In this document: in pieces, positions 9,257 through 18,230 of the stretch
How the letters are laid out: each line of letters opens with the position of its first letter
How positions within the stretch are numbered: position 1 is the first letter of the stretch
Source of the DNA: Coriobacteriia bacterium
GTDB taxonomy: Bacteria; Actinomycetota; Coriobacteriia; Anaerosomatales; JAJZPX01
Assembly (NCBI GenBank): GCA_036504755.1
Contig: DASXUP010000004.1
Span: 26,957-90,956, forward strand
Reading direction: 5' to 3'
DNA length: 64,000 nucleotides
Translations under genes and position numbers: made by a program
Notes under the pieces: generated by a model
The model's input: the letters and a program-made list of their open reading frames with translations, nothing else
Databases searched by the model: none
What the model was told of the DNA's origin: nothing

Positions 9257-9997
9257 TCACTCCCCTCGGTCGACGGACTCGGACACCACGGGCGCGCCGG
9301 CTGGAAGTGCCTCCGCTCCGCTCGCGAAGACACGGGGCTCCACCCGGACGTACTCCGCCTCGACCGCGGCGTTCCCCCACCGCGGGTCCCACACCGCCAG
9401 CCCGGCGGTGCCGCGGGTGCGGGCCCTCACCTCGGCCGAGGTCACCGTCGCGCCGTCGATGGCGAGGGCGATCCTGCGGCCGTCGGCCGTGACGACCGCG
9501 TCGAACGAGCGGCCCTGGTACTCCGGCGAGCGCGCGGACGCGAGCGTTCGCGAGACCCCGTCCGACACTTCCTCGATGCGGGCCGTCGGACCCTCGAGCA
9601 CGCATGCGACATACGAAGCCGCGTCCTGCTCGCGGACCAGGAGCGACATGCGCTCGCCCGCGAGCCACCGCAGCCGCGTGCGCAGCGTGTAGTCCCGCCA
9701 CGACGCTCCGCCCCGGACCGTCGCGACGCGCCCGTTCTCCGATCCGGTGACCACGAGCACATTCCCGCCGGAAGGCTCCGCGCCGTCCCACACGGTGCCG
9801 GCGTCCGCGCCGGAGGCGAGGACGGGCAGCGGTGTCGAGCGGTCGGAGGGTGCCGCCGGTGCCGGTCGGGCGGTGAGCGCGGAGGCGAAGGCGAGGAGCG
9901 AGAGCACGAGCATGACGCCGACGCCGAGGGCGCTGTCTCCCGCGCGGCGCGCCTCGGCGGTATCGGGTCTCACTTCCGTTTCGAGTACGGGGCCCAT
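9257..9997 (-). CDS. membrane-anchored protein with a concanavalin/LamG-like (DUF1080-like) domain
   Basis: TM anchor (LGVGVMLVLSLLAFASAL), then W.DY.L...L....MSLLVREQD...ALAIDG......TAGLAVW pattern. Start uncertain. Confidence 0.45.
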   Translation of the reverse strand: MGPVLETEVRPDTAEARRAGDSALGVGVMLVLSLLAFASALTARPAPAAPSDRSTPLPVLASGADAGTVWDGAEPSGGNVLVVTGSENGRVATVRGGASWRDYTLRTRLRWLAGERMSLLVREQDAASYVACVLEGPTARIEEVSDGVSRTLASARSPEYQGRSFDAVVTADGRRIALAIDGATVTSAEVRARTRGTAGLAVWDPRWGNAAVEAEYVRVEPRVFASGAEALPAGAPVVSESVDRGE

Positions 9998-10165
9998 GGG
10001 TCGATCCTCCAGCCTCAGGGGATTGCATCTACCCGTGCCGAAGAGGTTGGTAAACCGTGGTAGCGGGTGCGAAGCGGTACCCCGGCATGCTAAAGTCGGG
10101 ACAGAGGAAGAGGGGTCCTCTCGGATTCCTCATCCGGCTGATAACGGCGATCCTCAGCGGGGCTC

Positions 10166-11320
10166 ATGCGGGAGACGGCACGACAGGCTCTCATCGGGCG
10201 GGCACCGGCTCTAGCAGCCGCGTGCCTGGTCTTCGTGTCCCTTCTCGCCGCGCCAGCCTGGGCGTACAACGAGAGCGGCACGGTCGACCCGGCGCTTATC
10301 GCATGCACTGCATGCCATCCGACGAACTTGAGGACCGGGGCCAGCCTGCCGAACGCGTACACGCTGGGCCCTCACTCCGACTACTCCACAGTGAGCGGGA
10401 ACTGCGGGATCTGCCACGCGGTCCACAAGGCTGTGCGGACCGGGATCATCCTCATGCCGAAGCAGACGATCAAGGCGAACTGCGAGGTATGCCACGACGG
10501 CACTGGCGGCCAGGGCGTCTACGGGTCGATCGCGGCCCGCGGGCTGGCGGTCGGGGCCCAGCACCGCATCGACACCACCAATGCGGTACCCGGCGGCGAC
10601 GCGGCCACCGGAGGAACGGCGTACGTCACGTTCACCGGCGCCGGCGGGAATCTCAGCTGCGACGACTGCCACAACCCGCACAACGGCGGCACCGTCGCGG
10701 GCTTCCAGGGCGATCGTCAGCGCGTCCAGGTCACGAACATCAAGCCCTATCTCTCGAGCAAGCTGCTCAAGCGGCGCCCTACCAGCGCCACCACCGACAC
10801 GACCACGTACGGCTCCGACTGGTGCGGCGCCTGCCATAAGGGTCGGCTGTCCGGCGGTGGGATGCCCAACAACCATCCGGTGGAGTCGAAGCTCACGAAC
10901 GCGGCGCCCTTCTACTACGGCAACGTGGCGCTCCTCTCCACCGACGCGCCGACCGGATCCACGGTGATGGGCGGGATGGGCGGCATCCAGCGCCTGTACA
11001 CCGGCTTCTTGCCGAACAACGGCGGCAACCGCGGTTACCTCATGCCGCTGCAGGCGAACGGGCTGCGGACGCCGCTGCAGCAGGGGCACTACCCGATCTG
11101 CGAGCAGTGCCACGAGGACTCCCGGAACGTCGGCACGCTTTCGGCGGACGGGCTGACCGCGGACGCGGCGGCATCTGTCGTCACGAGCGCCGACGGCAGG
11201 GTGGCCTCGGACGATCCTCGCTTCCAGAACTTCCCGCACGAGACCGAGAACGCACGGTTCCTCGTCGAGACCGGTGACGATCTCTGCACGAACTGCCATC
11301 CCACCGGCATCCTGCCTTAG
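10166..11320 (+). CDS. secreted multiheme c-type cytochrome (7 CXXCH)
   Basis: Signal peptide ...LLAAPAWA-YNE. Seven motifs read directly: CTACH, CGICH, CEVCH, CDDCH, CGACH, CEQCH, CTNCH. Confidence 0.8.
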   Translation: MRETARQALIGRAPALAAACLVFVSLLAAPAWAYNESGTVDPALIACTACHPTNLRTGASLPNAYTLGPHSDYSTVSGNCGICHAVHKAVRTGIILMPKQTIKANCEVCHDGTGGQGVYGSIAARGLAVGAQHRIDTTNAVPGGDAATGGTAYVTFTGAGGNLSCDDCHNPHNGGTVAGFQGDRQRVQVTNIKPYLSSKLLKRRPTSATTDTTTYGSDWCGACHKGRLSGGGMPNNHPVESKLTNAAPFYYGNVALLSTDAPTGSTVMGGMGGIQRLYTGFLPNNGGNRGYLMPLQANGLRTPLQQGHYPICEQCHEDSRNVGTLSADGLTADAAASVVTSADGRVASDDPRFQNFPHETENARFLVETGDDLCTNCHPTGILP

Positions 11321-11363
11321 CGCGGCGTATACTCTCTAGAACGTCTCGGCGGGAGGGAACCTG

Positions 11364-12023
11364 ATGACCATGGGTGTGGCCCCTCGGCAGTACTCGCTCG
11401 GCGAGGAGATCGCCAACGCCATCACTCACGGCCTCGGCGTGCTGGCCTCCATCGTGGCGCTCGTGGTGCTCGTGGCGGTGTCCGCGATCTACGGCAACAT
11501 CTGGCACGTCATCAGCGTGTCCGTGTACGGTGCCACCCTCGTGCTCCTCTATACGGCGTCGACCTTGTACCACTCGCTGTCGTCGACCCGCGCGCGCCAC
11601 GTCTTCAAGGTGATCGACCACGCGAGCATCTACCTGCTCATCGCCGGCACCTACACGCCCTTCACGCTCGTCACGCTGCGAGGCCCGTGGGGCTGGTCTC
11701 TCTTCGTGATCGTCTGGGTACTCGCGGTGGCCGGGGTCTCCCTCGAGGCCTTCTGGGTCTATCGGCCGAGGTGGGTCTCGGGTGTCGTGTACCTCGCGAT
11801 GGGATGGCTGGTGGTCGTGGCGATCCGTCCGCTCCTCGCCGCCCTGCCCGCTCACGGATGGCAGCTGCTGCTCGCGGGTGGGCTAGCGTACACCCTCGGC
11901 GTCGTCTTCTACGTGCTCAAGCGCGTGCCGTACATGCACATGGTGTGGCACCTGTTCGTCCTTGCCGGCTCTGCGCTGCACTTCTTCTCAGTGCTGCTCT
12001 TCGTGCTGCCTCTGAAGGGGTGA
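11364..12023 (+). CDS. hemolysin III / PAQR-family membrane protein
   Basis: 7-TM protein with EEIANAITHG..., ...STLYHS..., IDHASIYLLIAGTYTPF, typical of the HlyIII/TrhA family. Confidence 0.8.
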   Translation: MTMGVAPRQYSLGEEIANAITHGLGVLASIVALVVLVAVSAIYGNIWHVISVSVYGATLVLLYTASTLYHSLSSTRARHVFKVIDHASIYLLIAGTYTPFTLVTLRGPWGWSLFVIVWVLAVAGVSLEAFWVYRPRWVSGVVYLAMGWLVVVAIRPLLAALPAHGWQLLLAGGLAYTLGVVFYVLKRVPYMHMVWHLFVLAGSALHFFSVLLFVLPLKG

Positions 12024-12030
12024 CGTTCCC

Positions 12031-12621
12031 TTGTGGAGGGACGACCTGCACGCCTTCCTCGGTGAGTTCCAGCACCCGGCGTGGGGGACGGGGCACAGCA
12101 GGCGCGTGAACGAACTGGCGCTGCGGCTGGCCGCGCAGGAGGGCATGGCCGTGGACCCGGACTGCCTCTACGCGGCGGCGCATCTCCACGACCTCGGCGC
12201 GATGGAGCCCTACCGGCACGACGGCGTCGACCACACGGAGCGGTCTTTGGAGGCGGCGCCGACCATCCTCGGCGAGGTGGGGTTCGACCCCGACCGTATG
12301 GAACGCGTGCTCGGGTGCATCCGCGGGCACATGTTCTACGCGGAGCCCGAGAACTGGCCCGAGGACCTGGTCTTCCATGACGCCGACACGCTGGACTTCA
12401 TGGGATACATCGGCATCACGCGGCTACTCGCCGTCGTCGCCCGCGACGAGTGGACGCCGGACGTCCGCTCCACGATCGATCTCATCCGGCGCTTCCGTAC
12501 GCAGTTGCCGGACACGCTGGCGACGGGTGCCGCCCGCTTCATCGCCGAGGCGCGCAAGGCCGAGATGGAGGCCTTCCTCGAGGGCGTGTCGGAAGCGTCG
12601 GACGGACTCCGGTTCTTGTGA
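12031..12621 (+). CDS. HD-domain phosphohydrolase-like protein
   Basis: HSRRV...AAHLHDLG (H...HD motif). TTG start at 12031 as in the ORF track. Confidence 0.65.
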   Translation: MWRDDLHAFLGEFQHPAWGTGHSRRVNELALRLAAQEGMAVDPDCLYAAAHLHDLGAMEPYRHDGVDHTERSLEAAPTILGEVGFDPDRMERVLGCIRGHMFYAEPENWPEDLVFHDADTLDFMGYIGITRLLAVVARDEWTPDVRSTIDLIRRFRTQLPDTLATGAARFIAEARKAEMEAFLEGVSEASDGLRFL

Positions 12622-12686
12622 CGCGAAAGCGGCGGGCTCGAGGAGGGTCATCGCCGCCTAGGGGAGCTCACGTCACGGGGCAGGCG

Positions 12687-13409
12687 CTAGGGACCGTACT
12701 CGGGCTTGTCGAGATCGCCGGAGTTGCTGTACCCGCGGCTCTCCCAGTAGCCGCGATACGCGGCATCCGAGGACACCTCGACGCGCTCGATCCACTTCAC
12801 CCACTTGTAGCCCCACTTGTCCTCCGCCACGAGCTGCAGCGGCCATCCCCACTGCGCGGTGAGCGGCACACCGTTCTCCCGATAGGCGAGGAGGATGTCG
12901 CGGTTTGTGACGTAGTCGAGCGGCAGGGAGCTCGTGTACCCGTCGTGGGCGTGGAAGACGACGACCTTCGCGCCCGCTGTCGCGCCGCCCGCCCTCTCGA
13001 TCAGGTCCTTCACCCGCACGCCCTCCCAGAGGAACGTGACGCTCCAGCCCTCGACGCAGTCCAGCGTGACGACCTTCGCGAACGCCGGCCGCAGGGCCAG
13101 CACCTCGTCGTAGCCGAGCGACAGCGGCTTGGCGACAAGGCCGTCCACGACCAGGCGGTAGCTCGCGCGCTCGATGCGCTGCGGGCCCTTGATCGAGTTC
13201 TCGTACAGGCCGCTGATGGGAGTGAGCCGCTTCCCCCGGTAGCTCGTCACCTCCACCGACGCGAGCGGTACCGCGCTCGAGGTTATCTCGATGGCGGGAG
13301 TCCGCGTGGTGACGGCCGAGGTCGCCGGCCCGGGGGCCCGCCGGCAACCCGGCAGCATCGTTGCGAGCAGGATCACTCCGACGAGGGCGGATCGGGCGGG
13401 ACGGCGCAC
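12687..13409 (-). CDS. molybdopterin-dependent oxidoreductase (YedY/sulfite-oxidase-like catalytic domain), lipoprotein
   Basis: GTG 13407-13409 preceded by GGAGGAGG. N-terminus VRRPARSALVGVILLATMLPGC has a lipobox. TLDCVEGWS...WEGV...W.GYKWVKW core. The remaining ~310 aa of the track ORF is shadow. Confidence 0.7.
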   Translation of the reverse strand: MRRPARSALVGVILLATMLPGCRRAPGPATSAVTTRTPAIEITSSAVPLASVEVTSYRGKRLTPISGLYENSIKGPQRIERASYRLVVDGLVAKPLSLGYDEVLALRPAFAKVVTLDCVEGWSVTFLWEGVRVKDLIERAGGATAGAKVVVFHAHDGYTSSLPLDYVTNRDILLAYRENGVPLTAQWGWPLQLVAEDKWGYKWVKWIERVEVSSDAAYRGYWESRGYSNSGDLDKPEYGP

Positions 13410-13435
13410 CTCTACCTCCTCCTCGACGCTGGACC

Positions 13436-14278
13436 TCAACGGGAAGGTACCCCGGCAGGCGCGTCGAGAAGCTCGGGGTGCACCCGCCACGCATCGTGGC
13501 GGCGGTCGTCGACGGTGGTGGGCAGCTCCTGATGGTAGACGCCGCTCGGCAGGATGCCGCATCCCCCGAAGCGCTCCATCACGCGCAACTGCGCGACGAC
13601 GTCCTCGCCGGAGACCCCGGAAGCCGGCAGCTCGCGCCAGAACCCGAAGCCGCCGCAGTCCCGAAGCTTGCGCACGTCGTACAGGACGCATCCACCCACC
13701 CACGCGACGCGGTAGGTGCGCGCACTGTCCGTCGACAGGCCGAGGCGCCGCTGCACGTGGAGCACGTTCGCCGCGTTGTGCAGCGTGTGCCGCTGCCATG
13801 CGGCCGTCCCCGGCCGCACCGACTCCGGCCGCACGGGGCCGTCCCACCACTCGAGCCTCTCCTCGGCCGGCCGTACGTCGCCGAGATGCGACAGGCCGAT
13901 CGGCGCGCATCCCACGAACCCGCAGCCCTCGGCGAGGATGATGGCGAGCATCCGCCTGACGACGCCGGGCTCGAGGATGAGGTCGTCGTCGAGGAAGAGC
14001 GCGTAGCCCGTGCGTGCCCGCGACAGCAGGAAGTCGCGGTGCTCGGCCATACCTCGGCGAGGCAGGTGCTTCACAAAGACGACCGGACGGCCGAGGTCGC
14101 GCAGCACGCGGGCGACGGCGAGGACCTCGCCCGCCTCGGCGGCGTCGGGATCGAGCGTCTGGTCGGAGACGGTGACGCGGAAGCTCGGGAAGTCCTGGCC
14201 GACGAGGCTCGCGAGCGTCACCGCCAGAGCCGCCGGACGGTCGCACGTGGGGATGAGGACGTCGAGCAGCGGGCTCAC
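13436..14278 (-). CDS. family-2 glycosyltransferase
   Basis: DVLIPTCDRPAALAVTLASL N-terminus and an FLDDD (DxD) motif. GTG 14276-14278 overlaps the upstream stop (GTGA). Confidence 0.65.
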   Translation of the reverse strand: MSPLLDVLIPTCDRPAALAVTLASLVGQDFPSFRVTVSDQTLDPDAAEAGEVLAVARVLRDLGRPVVFVKHLPRRGMAEHRDFLLSRARTGYALFLDDDLILEPGVVRRMLAIILAEGCGFVGCAPIGLSHLGDVRPAEERLEWWDGPVRPESVRPGTAAWQRHTLHNAANVLHVQRRLGLSTDSARTYRVAWVGGCVLYDVRKLRDCGGFGFWRELPASGVSGEDVVAQLRVMERFGGCGILPSGVYHQELPTTVDDRRHDAWRVHPELLDAPAGVPSR

Positions 14279-15384
14279 AGCGCCGCTCCCGCCGAGGGGA
14301 TCGCGCGGACGGAGGCGCGCCGCGCGAGCTGGCGGACGGCATCGACGACCTCGTCGGGCTCGACGAGCCGGAGACACTGGTGGTGGCCCTTCGGACACTC
14401 GGCCTTGTAGCAGTACGCGCACGGGACTTCGTGCGATAGCACGCGGTGCGGGACCTCCCACGGAGTGTGTTGCGGGTTGGTCAGGGCGTACAGGTCGACC
14501 ACCGGAGTGCCGACGGCGGCCGCGACGTGTACCGGCCCGGAGTTGTTGCTCACGATGACGGGCGCTTCCTGGATGACAGCGGCGAAGTCGGCGAGCGTGA
14601 GCATCCCCGCCAAGGAATGGCTCTCGGCGCCCATCGCCGCGCGGATCTTCTGAACGAGCGGCTTCTCCGCCTCGGTCCCCGTGAAGACCACCTGGTAGCC
14701 CTCGCTGCGCGAGAGGTGACGGCCCACCACCGCGAACCGCTCGGGCGGGTATCGGCGGGACGCGGCCGTCGCGCCCGGGTGGACGACGATCCACGGCCGG
14801 TCCACGTCCACCCCCGCTCTCGCGAGAGCACGCAGCGCGCGCTGCCGCGCGATGCGAGGCAGCCTCAGCGACAGCGTGTCGTCCGCGGTCACCGCGCCCA
14901 CCTCGGCCACGAGGTCGAGCTGACGGCGCACCTCGTGGCGGACGCCGTTCTCGGGCTCCGGCTCCGGCACCCAGTCGGTGAGCAGCTGGTAGGGGTTCTC
15001 ACGGCAGTGCGCGAGGCGGAGCGGGATGTCCGCCATGTGGCAGAGGAGCGCGGGCGGGAGCGGGTTCTGGCTGTAGACGGTGAAGAGCACCGCGCCGTCG
15101 AAACGGCCCCGGCGCAGCCGGTCGATGACCGCGCGCTCCTCTGCGGAACCCCTGCGCGCGGGCGTGTACTTCATCCAGGCTGGATCGTGGACGACGGTCG
15201 CGTCGATCTCGGGGACGAGGTCGGCCACGGCGGCGCCGGGCGTCGAGGTCAACAGCGTCACGCTCCGCCCGTCCACGGAATGCTTGAGCGCGCGGATGGC
15301 GGGCGTCGTCATGAGCACGTCACCGATGGTGTCGAGGCGGACGGCGAGGATGCGCTTCGCCTCAGCCCACGCGCCCGCCGGCAT
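14275..15384 (-). CDS. family-9 glycosyltransferase (heptosyltransferase-like), Cys-rich tail
   Basis: RILAVRLDTIGDVLMTTPAIRAL N-terminus, SNNSGPVHVAAAVGTPVV C-terminal GT9 motif, and tail PCAYCYKAECPKGHHQC. Confidence 0.75.
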   Translation of the reverse strand: MPAGAWAEAKRILAVRLDTIGDVLMTTPAIRALKHSVDGRSVTLLTSTPGAAVADLVPEIDATVVHDPAWMKYTPARRGSAEERAVIDRLRRGRFDGAVLFTVYSQNPLPPALLCHMADIPLRLAHCRENPYQLLTDWVPEPEPENGVRHEVRRQLDLVAEVGAVTADDTLSLRLPRIARQRALRALARAGVDVDRPWIVVHPGATAASRRYPPERFAVVGRHLSRSEGYQVVFTGTEAEKPLVQKIRAAMGAESHSLAGMLTLADFAAVIQEAPVIVSNNSGPVHVAAAVGTPVVDLYALTNPQHTPWEVPHRVLSHEVPCAYCYKAECPKGHHQCLRLVEPDEVVDAVRQLARRASVRAIPSAGAAL

Positions 15385-16885
15385 GGCGCACCCCCCTGGA
15401 GTCTCCCGCGCAGGCGGAGCAGGCGTGGCCGTCCCGGATGCGCTCGATGATCCCCGTCGTGGAGCGGTCCTCGACGAGAGGCAGTATCTCGATGACGCCT
15501 CCCATCTCGCGCACGAGCGGAGCCTCCGGCAGGGACTCGACCGTGTAGTCGCCGCCCTTGACGAACACGTGCGGCCGCACCGCGGCGATGATCTCGTCGG
15601 GCCGGTCGCCTTCGAACTCCGCCACGTGGTCGACGCACGACAGTGCCGAGAGCACCTGCAGCCTGTCCTCCAGCGAGTTCACGGGCCGGCCGGTGCCCTT
15701 GAGCCGCCGCACGCTGTCGTCGTCGTTCACGCCGACGAACAGCACGTCGCCGAGCTCCTTTGCGCGGTTGAGGTAACTCACGTGACCGCGATGCAGGATG
15801 TCGAAGCAGCCGTTGGTGAACACGACGCGCTTGCCGTGCTCCCGGTAACGCCGCGCCACCTCGCCGAGGCGAGCCGTGCCGCGCAGCCGCTTGTCCAGCC
15901 GGCCGAAGGCGTCCTTCAGCTCCTGCGCGGAGCACGCCGCCGTCCCTTCCTTGCCCACCACGATCGCCGCGGCCGACGACGCCAGCTCGGCCGCATGCGG
16001 CGTGGTGCCGCCGGCGGCGAGCGCCGACGTCAGAGTGGCGAGGAAGGTGTCGCCGGCCCCCGCCGCACGGGAGTGCGGGCGCGGCTGCGCGTACGTGCGG
16101 TAGGGCGGGCACCCGCGCTCGAACAGCAGCGCGCCCTGCGTGTCGAGCGTGAGGGCGGCGATGCGCGCGCCGGTGAGCTCGAGCAGCCGCTGCCCCTCGG
16201 CCGTCATCTGCGGCACGCGAAGCCCGGGCTCCTCGAGCCGGCACGCGTCGAGCAGTTGCACCGCCTCGCCGTAGTTGGGTTTGACCGCGGTCACGTCGAG
16301 GTCGCGGTAAGCGGTCAGCCGCTTGCTGTCCGCCACCAGCACGCGCGGGTCCCACCGCTGCAGCGCGCCGATCGCTCGCAGGATCCGCTGGCTGAGCACG
16401 CCGTAACCGTAGTCCGAACAGACCACCGCGTCGCAGTCGTCCCACAGCCGTCCGAGGAGCCGCAGCATGTCCGCCTCGGCCGAGCCGTCGACCGCGTGCG
16501 TGCAGCCCTCGTCGAAGCGCACCACCATCTGGCCCTGCGCCGTCACGCGCCGCTTCGCGAGCGTGCGCCTCCGCGGGTCCGCGACCATCGCCGAGGTGTC
16601 CACCCCGCGCTCGCGCAGCACCTCGCGGAGCACGCCGCCGTCCCGGTCGTCGCCGGTCACCGCGAGCAGCGAGGCCCTCGTGCCGAGCGCGGCCGCGTTG
16701 GCTGCCGTGTTCCCGGCGCCTCCCGGCACGAACGCGCGCTCGTGCACGCTCACGACGGGCACCGGCGCCTCTCGGCAGAGTCTGTCGGTCGAGCCGTCGA
16801 GGTACCCGTCGAGCATGACGTCGCCGACGACGAGCACCCGCAGCCGGGAGAACGACTCGATCAAACGCTCGAGCGCGCTATCCAT
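15362..16885 (-). CDS. hldE: bifunctional D-beta-D-heptose 7-phosphate kinase / heptose 1-phosphate adenylyltransferase
   Basis: N-terminal pfkB/ribokinase-like domain (VLVVGDVMLDGY...PGGAGNTA..., GAGDTF). C-terminal cytidylyltransferase-like domain (VVFTNGCFDILHRGHVSYL). Confidence 0.85.
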   Translation of the reverse strand: MDSALERLIESFSRLRVLVVGDVMLDGYLDGSTDRLCREAPVPVVSVHERAFVPGGAGNTAANAAALGTRASLLAVTGDDRDGGVLREVLRERGVDTSAMVADPRRRTLAKRRVTAQGQMVVRFDEGCTHAVDGSAEADMLRLLGRLWDDCDAVVCSDYGYGVLSQRILRAIGALQRWDPRVLVADSKRLTAYRDLDVTAVKPNYGEAVQLLDACRLEEPGLRVPQMTAEGQRLLELTGARIAALTLDTQGALLFERGCPPYRTYAQPRPHSRAAGAGDTFLATLTSALAAGGTTPHAAELASSAAAIVVGKEGTAACSAQELKDAFGRLDKRLRGTARLGEVARRYREHGKRVVFTNGCFDILHRGHVSYLNRAKELGDVLFVGVNDDDSVRRLKGTGRPVNSLEDRLQVLSALSCVDHVAEFEGDRPDEIIAAVRPHVFVKGGDYTVESLPEAPLVREMGGVIEILPLVEDRSTTGIIERIRDGHACSACAGDSRGVRHAGGRVG

Positions 16886-17471
16886 GGGCGCCCTCCCCTT
16901 GCCCGCGCGTGGAGACGCAAGGGCCGCGAACGATGTACCGGGCGGCGTCCGCGAGGTCGGCGGCGACGTAGTCGGGCGTCCGCCAAGGCGCCATCACCCA
17001 CTCCGTCTCGCCGCCGTTGTCGACCAGCACCGCACGGCACCCGGCGCGCCTTCCGGCCCCGACGTCGTCGAGGATGTCGCCCACCGCCCACGACGACGCT
17101 AGGTCGATGCCGTGCTCCGCGGCCGCGCGCAGCAGAAGCCCGGGCTCGGGCTTTCGGCAGGTGCACAGCACCGCGTAGCGCTCCTCCGCGCCCTCGGGGT
17201 GGTGCGGGCACCAGTAGAACGCCTCGATCGCCACCCCCTCGGCCGTCAGCAGCTCGCGCAGCCTCGCCTCGATCGCGGGGAGCGCGTCCTCGCCGAAGTG
17301 GCCGCGGGCCACGCCCGACTGGTTGCTCACCACGAACAGCCCGAAGCCGGCCTCGGCCAGCATCCGCAGCCCTTCGGCGGCGCCGGGGGTGAGCTCGACG
17401 CGCGCGGGATCGGCGTTGAAGGGCACGTCGGTCACGAGCGTGCCGTCCTTGTCGACGAAGACCGCCCTCAC
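16878..17471 (-). CDS. gmhB: D,D-heptose 1,7-bisphosphate phosphatase (HAD-IIIA)
   Basis: VFVDKDGTL (DxDGT), VVSNQSG, the Zn-site-like CPHHPEG...C.CRKP and GDILDDVGAG motifs. GTG 17469-17471 overlaps the upstream stop (GTGA). Confidence 0.75.
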   Translation of the reverse strand: MRAVFVDKDGTLVTDVPFNADPARVELTPGAAEGLRMLAEAGFGLFVVSNQSGVARGHFGEDALPAIEARLRELLTAEGVAIEAFYWCPHHPEGAEERYAVLCTCRKPEPGLLLRAAAEHGIDLASSWAVGDILDDVGAGRRAGCRAVLVDNGGETEWVMAPWRTPDYVAADLADAARYIVRGPCVSTRGQGEGAHG

Positions 17472-18199
17472 GGCCAGCTCGTCTCGCGCATGGGGATCAC
17501 CATCACCTCGGGGATCACCGTCTCGGCAGGCAGCGAGAGCACGAACCGCACGACCTCGGCGACGTTGGCCGGGTCCTGGAGCGTGGTCTGGTCGATGTCC
17601 GGGAAGCGCTCGGTGAGGAAGGGTGTCCGCATCCCGCCCGAGACGAGGGCGGTGACCTTGACGCCGAGCTGTCGCGCCTCCACGTGCAGCGCGTGCGTGA
17701 AGCCGAGCAGCCCCCACTTGCTCGCGTGGTAGACGGCCGCGTTGGGCCAGGCGCGCTTCGCGGCGGTCGAGCAGATGTTCACGATCTGCCCGGACCCGTT
17801 CTCCTTCATCTTCGCGAGCGCCGCGCGCGAGAGCACGAACGGCGCGCGCAGGTTGACCGCCATCACCCGGTCCCACTCGGCGATGTCGAGCTCGGCGATG
17901 GGCTTCGTCACGTCGACGCCCGCGTTGTTGACGAGGATGTCGAGCACGCCGTACGTGTCCGCGACGCGCTTGACCGCGTCGGCCGCCTGCCCGGCGTCGC
18001 TGATGTCGAGCCCCATCTCGACGATCTGTCCGCCGCCCTCGTAGGCGCGTCCCGCCTTGATCTCGCGGCTCACGTCGTACGTCCTGTCGGCCGAGATGAC
18101 CGTGCACCCCGCCTTCGCCAGCGCGTTGCAGATCTCCGCGCCGAGGCCGCGCGCCCCGCCGGTCACCATCGCGATCCTCCCGGTCAGCTCCTCCATCAC
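17468..18199 (-). CDS. classical short-chain dehydrogenase/reductase inside the glycan cluster
   Basis: TGGARGLG cofactor motif, NNAG, YHASK catalytic motif; 243 aa. Confidence 0.8.
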   Translation of the reverse strand: MMEELTGRIAMVTGGARGLGAEICNALAKAGCTVISADRTYDVSREIKAGRAYEGGGQIVEMGLDISDAGQAADAVKRVADTYGVLDILVNNAGVDVTKPIAELDIAEWDRVMAVNLRAPFVLSRAALAKMKENGSGQIVNICSTAAKRAWPNAAVYHASKWGLLGFTHALHVEARQLGVKVTALVSGGMRTPFLTERFPDIDQTTLQDPANVAEVVRFVLSLPAETVIPEVMVIPMRETSWP

Positions 18200-18230
18200 T
18201 GCCCCTCTCCTCGGAGTCCGTCTCCGTCCG

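Noticed and set aside
8135-10063. Very long ORFs in the track: 8135-10063 (+, 642 aa), 15080-17392 (+, 770 aa), 22663-24390 (+, 575 aa), 37390-39855 (-, 821 aa), 45284-47401 (-, 705 aa), 51768-53624 upstream part, and others.
   Set aside because: They are Arg/Ala/Pro/Gly-rich, have no recognisable motifs, and run antisense or out of frame across genes that do have clear family signatures. They are typical shadow ORFs of very GC-rich DNA.
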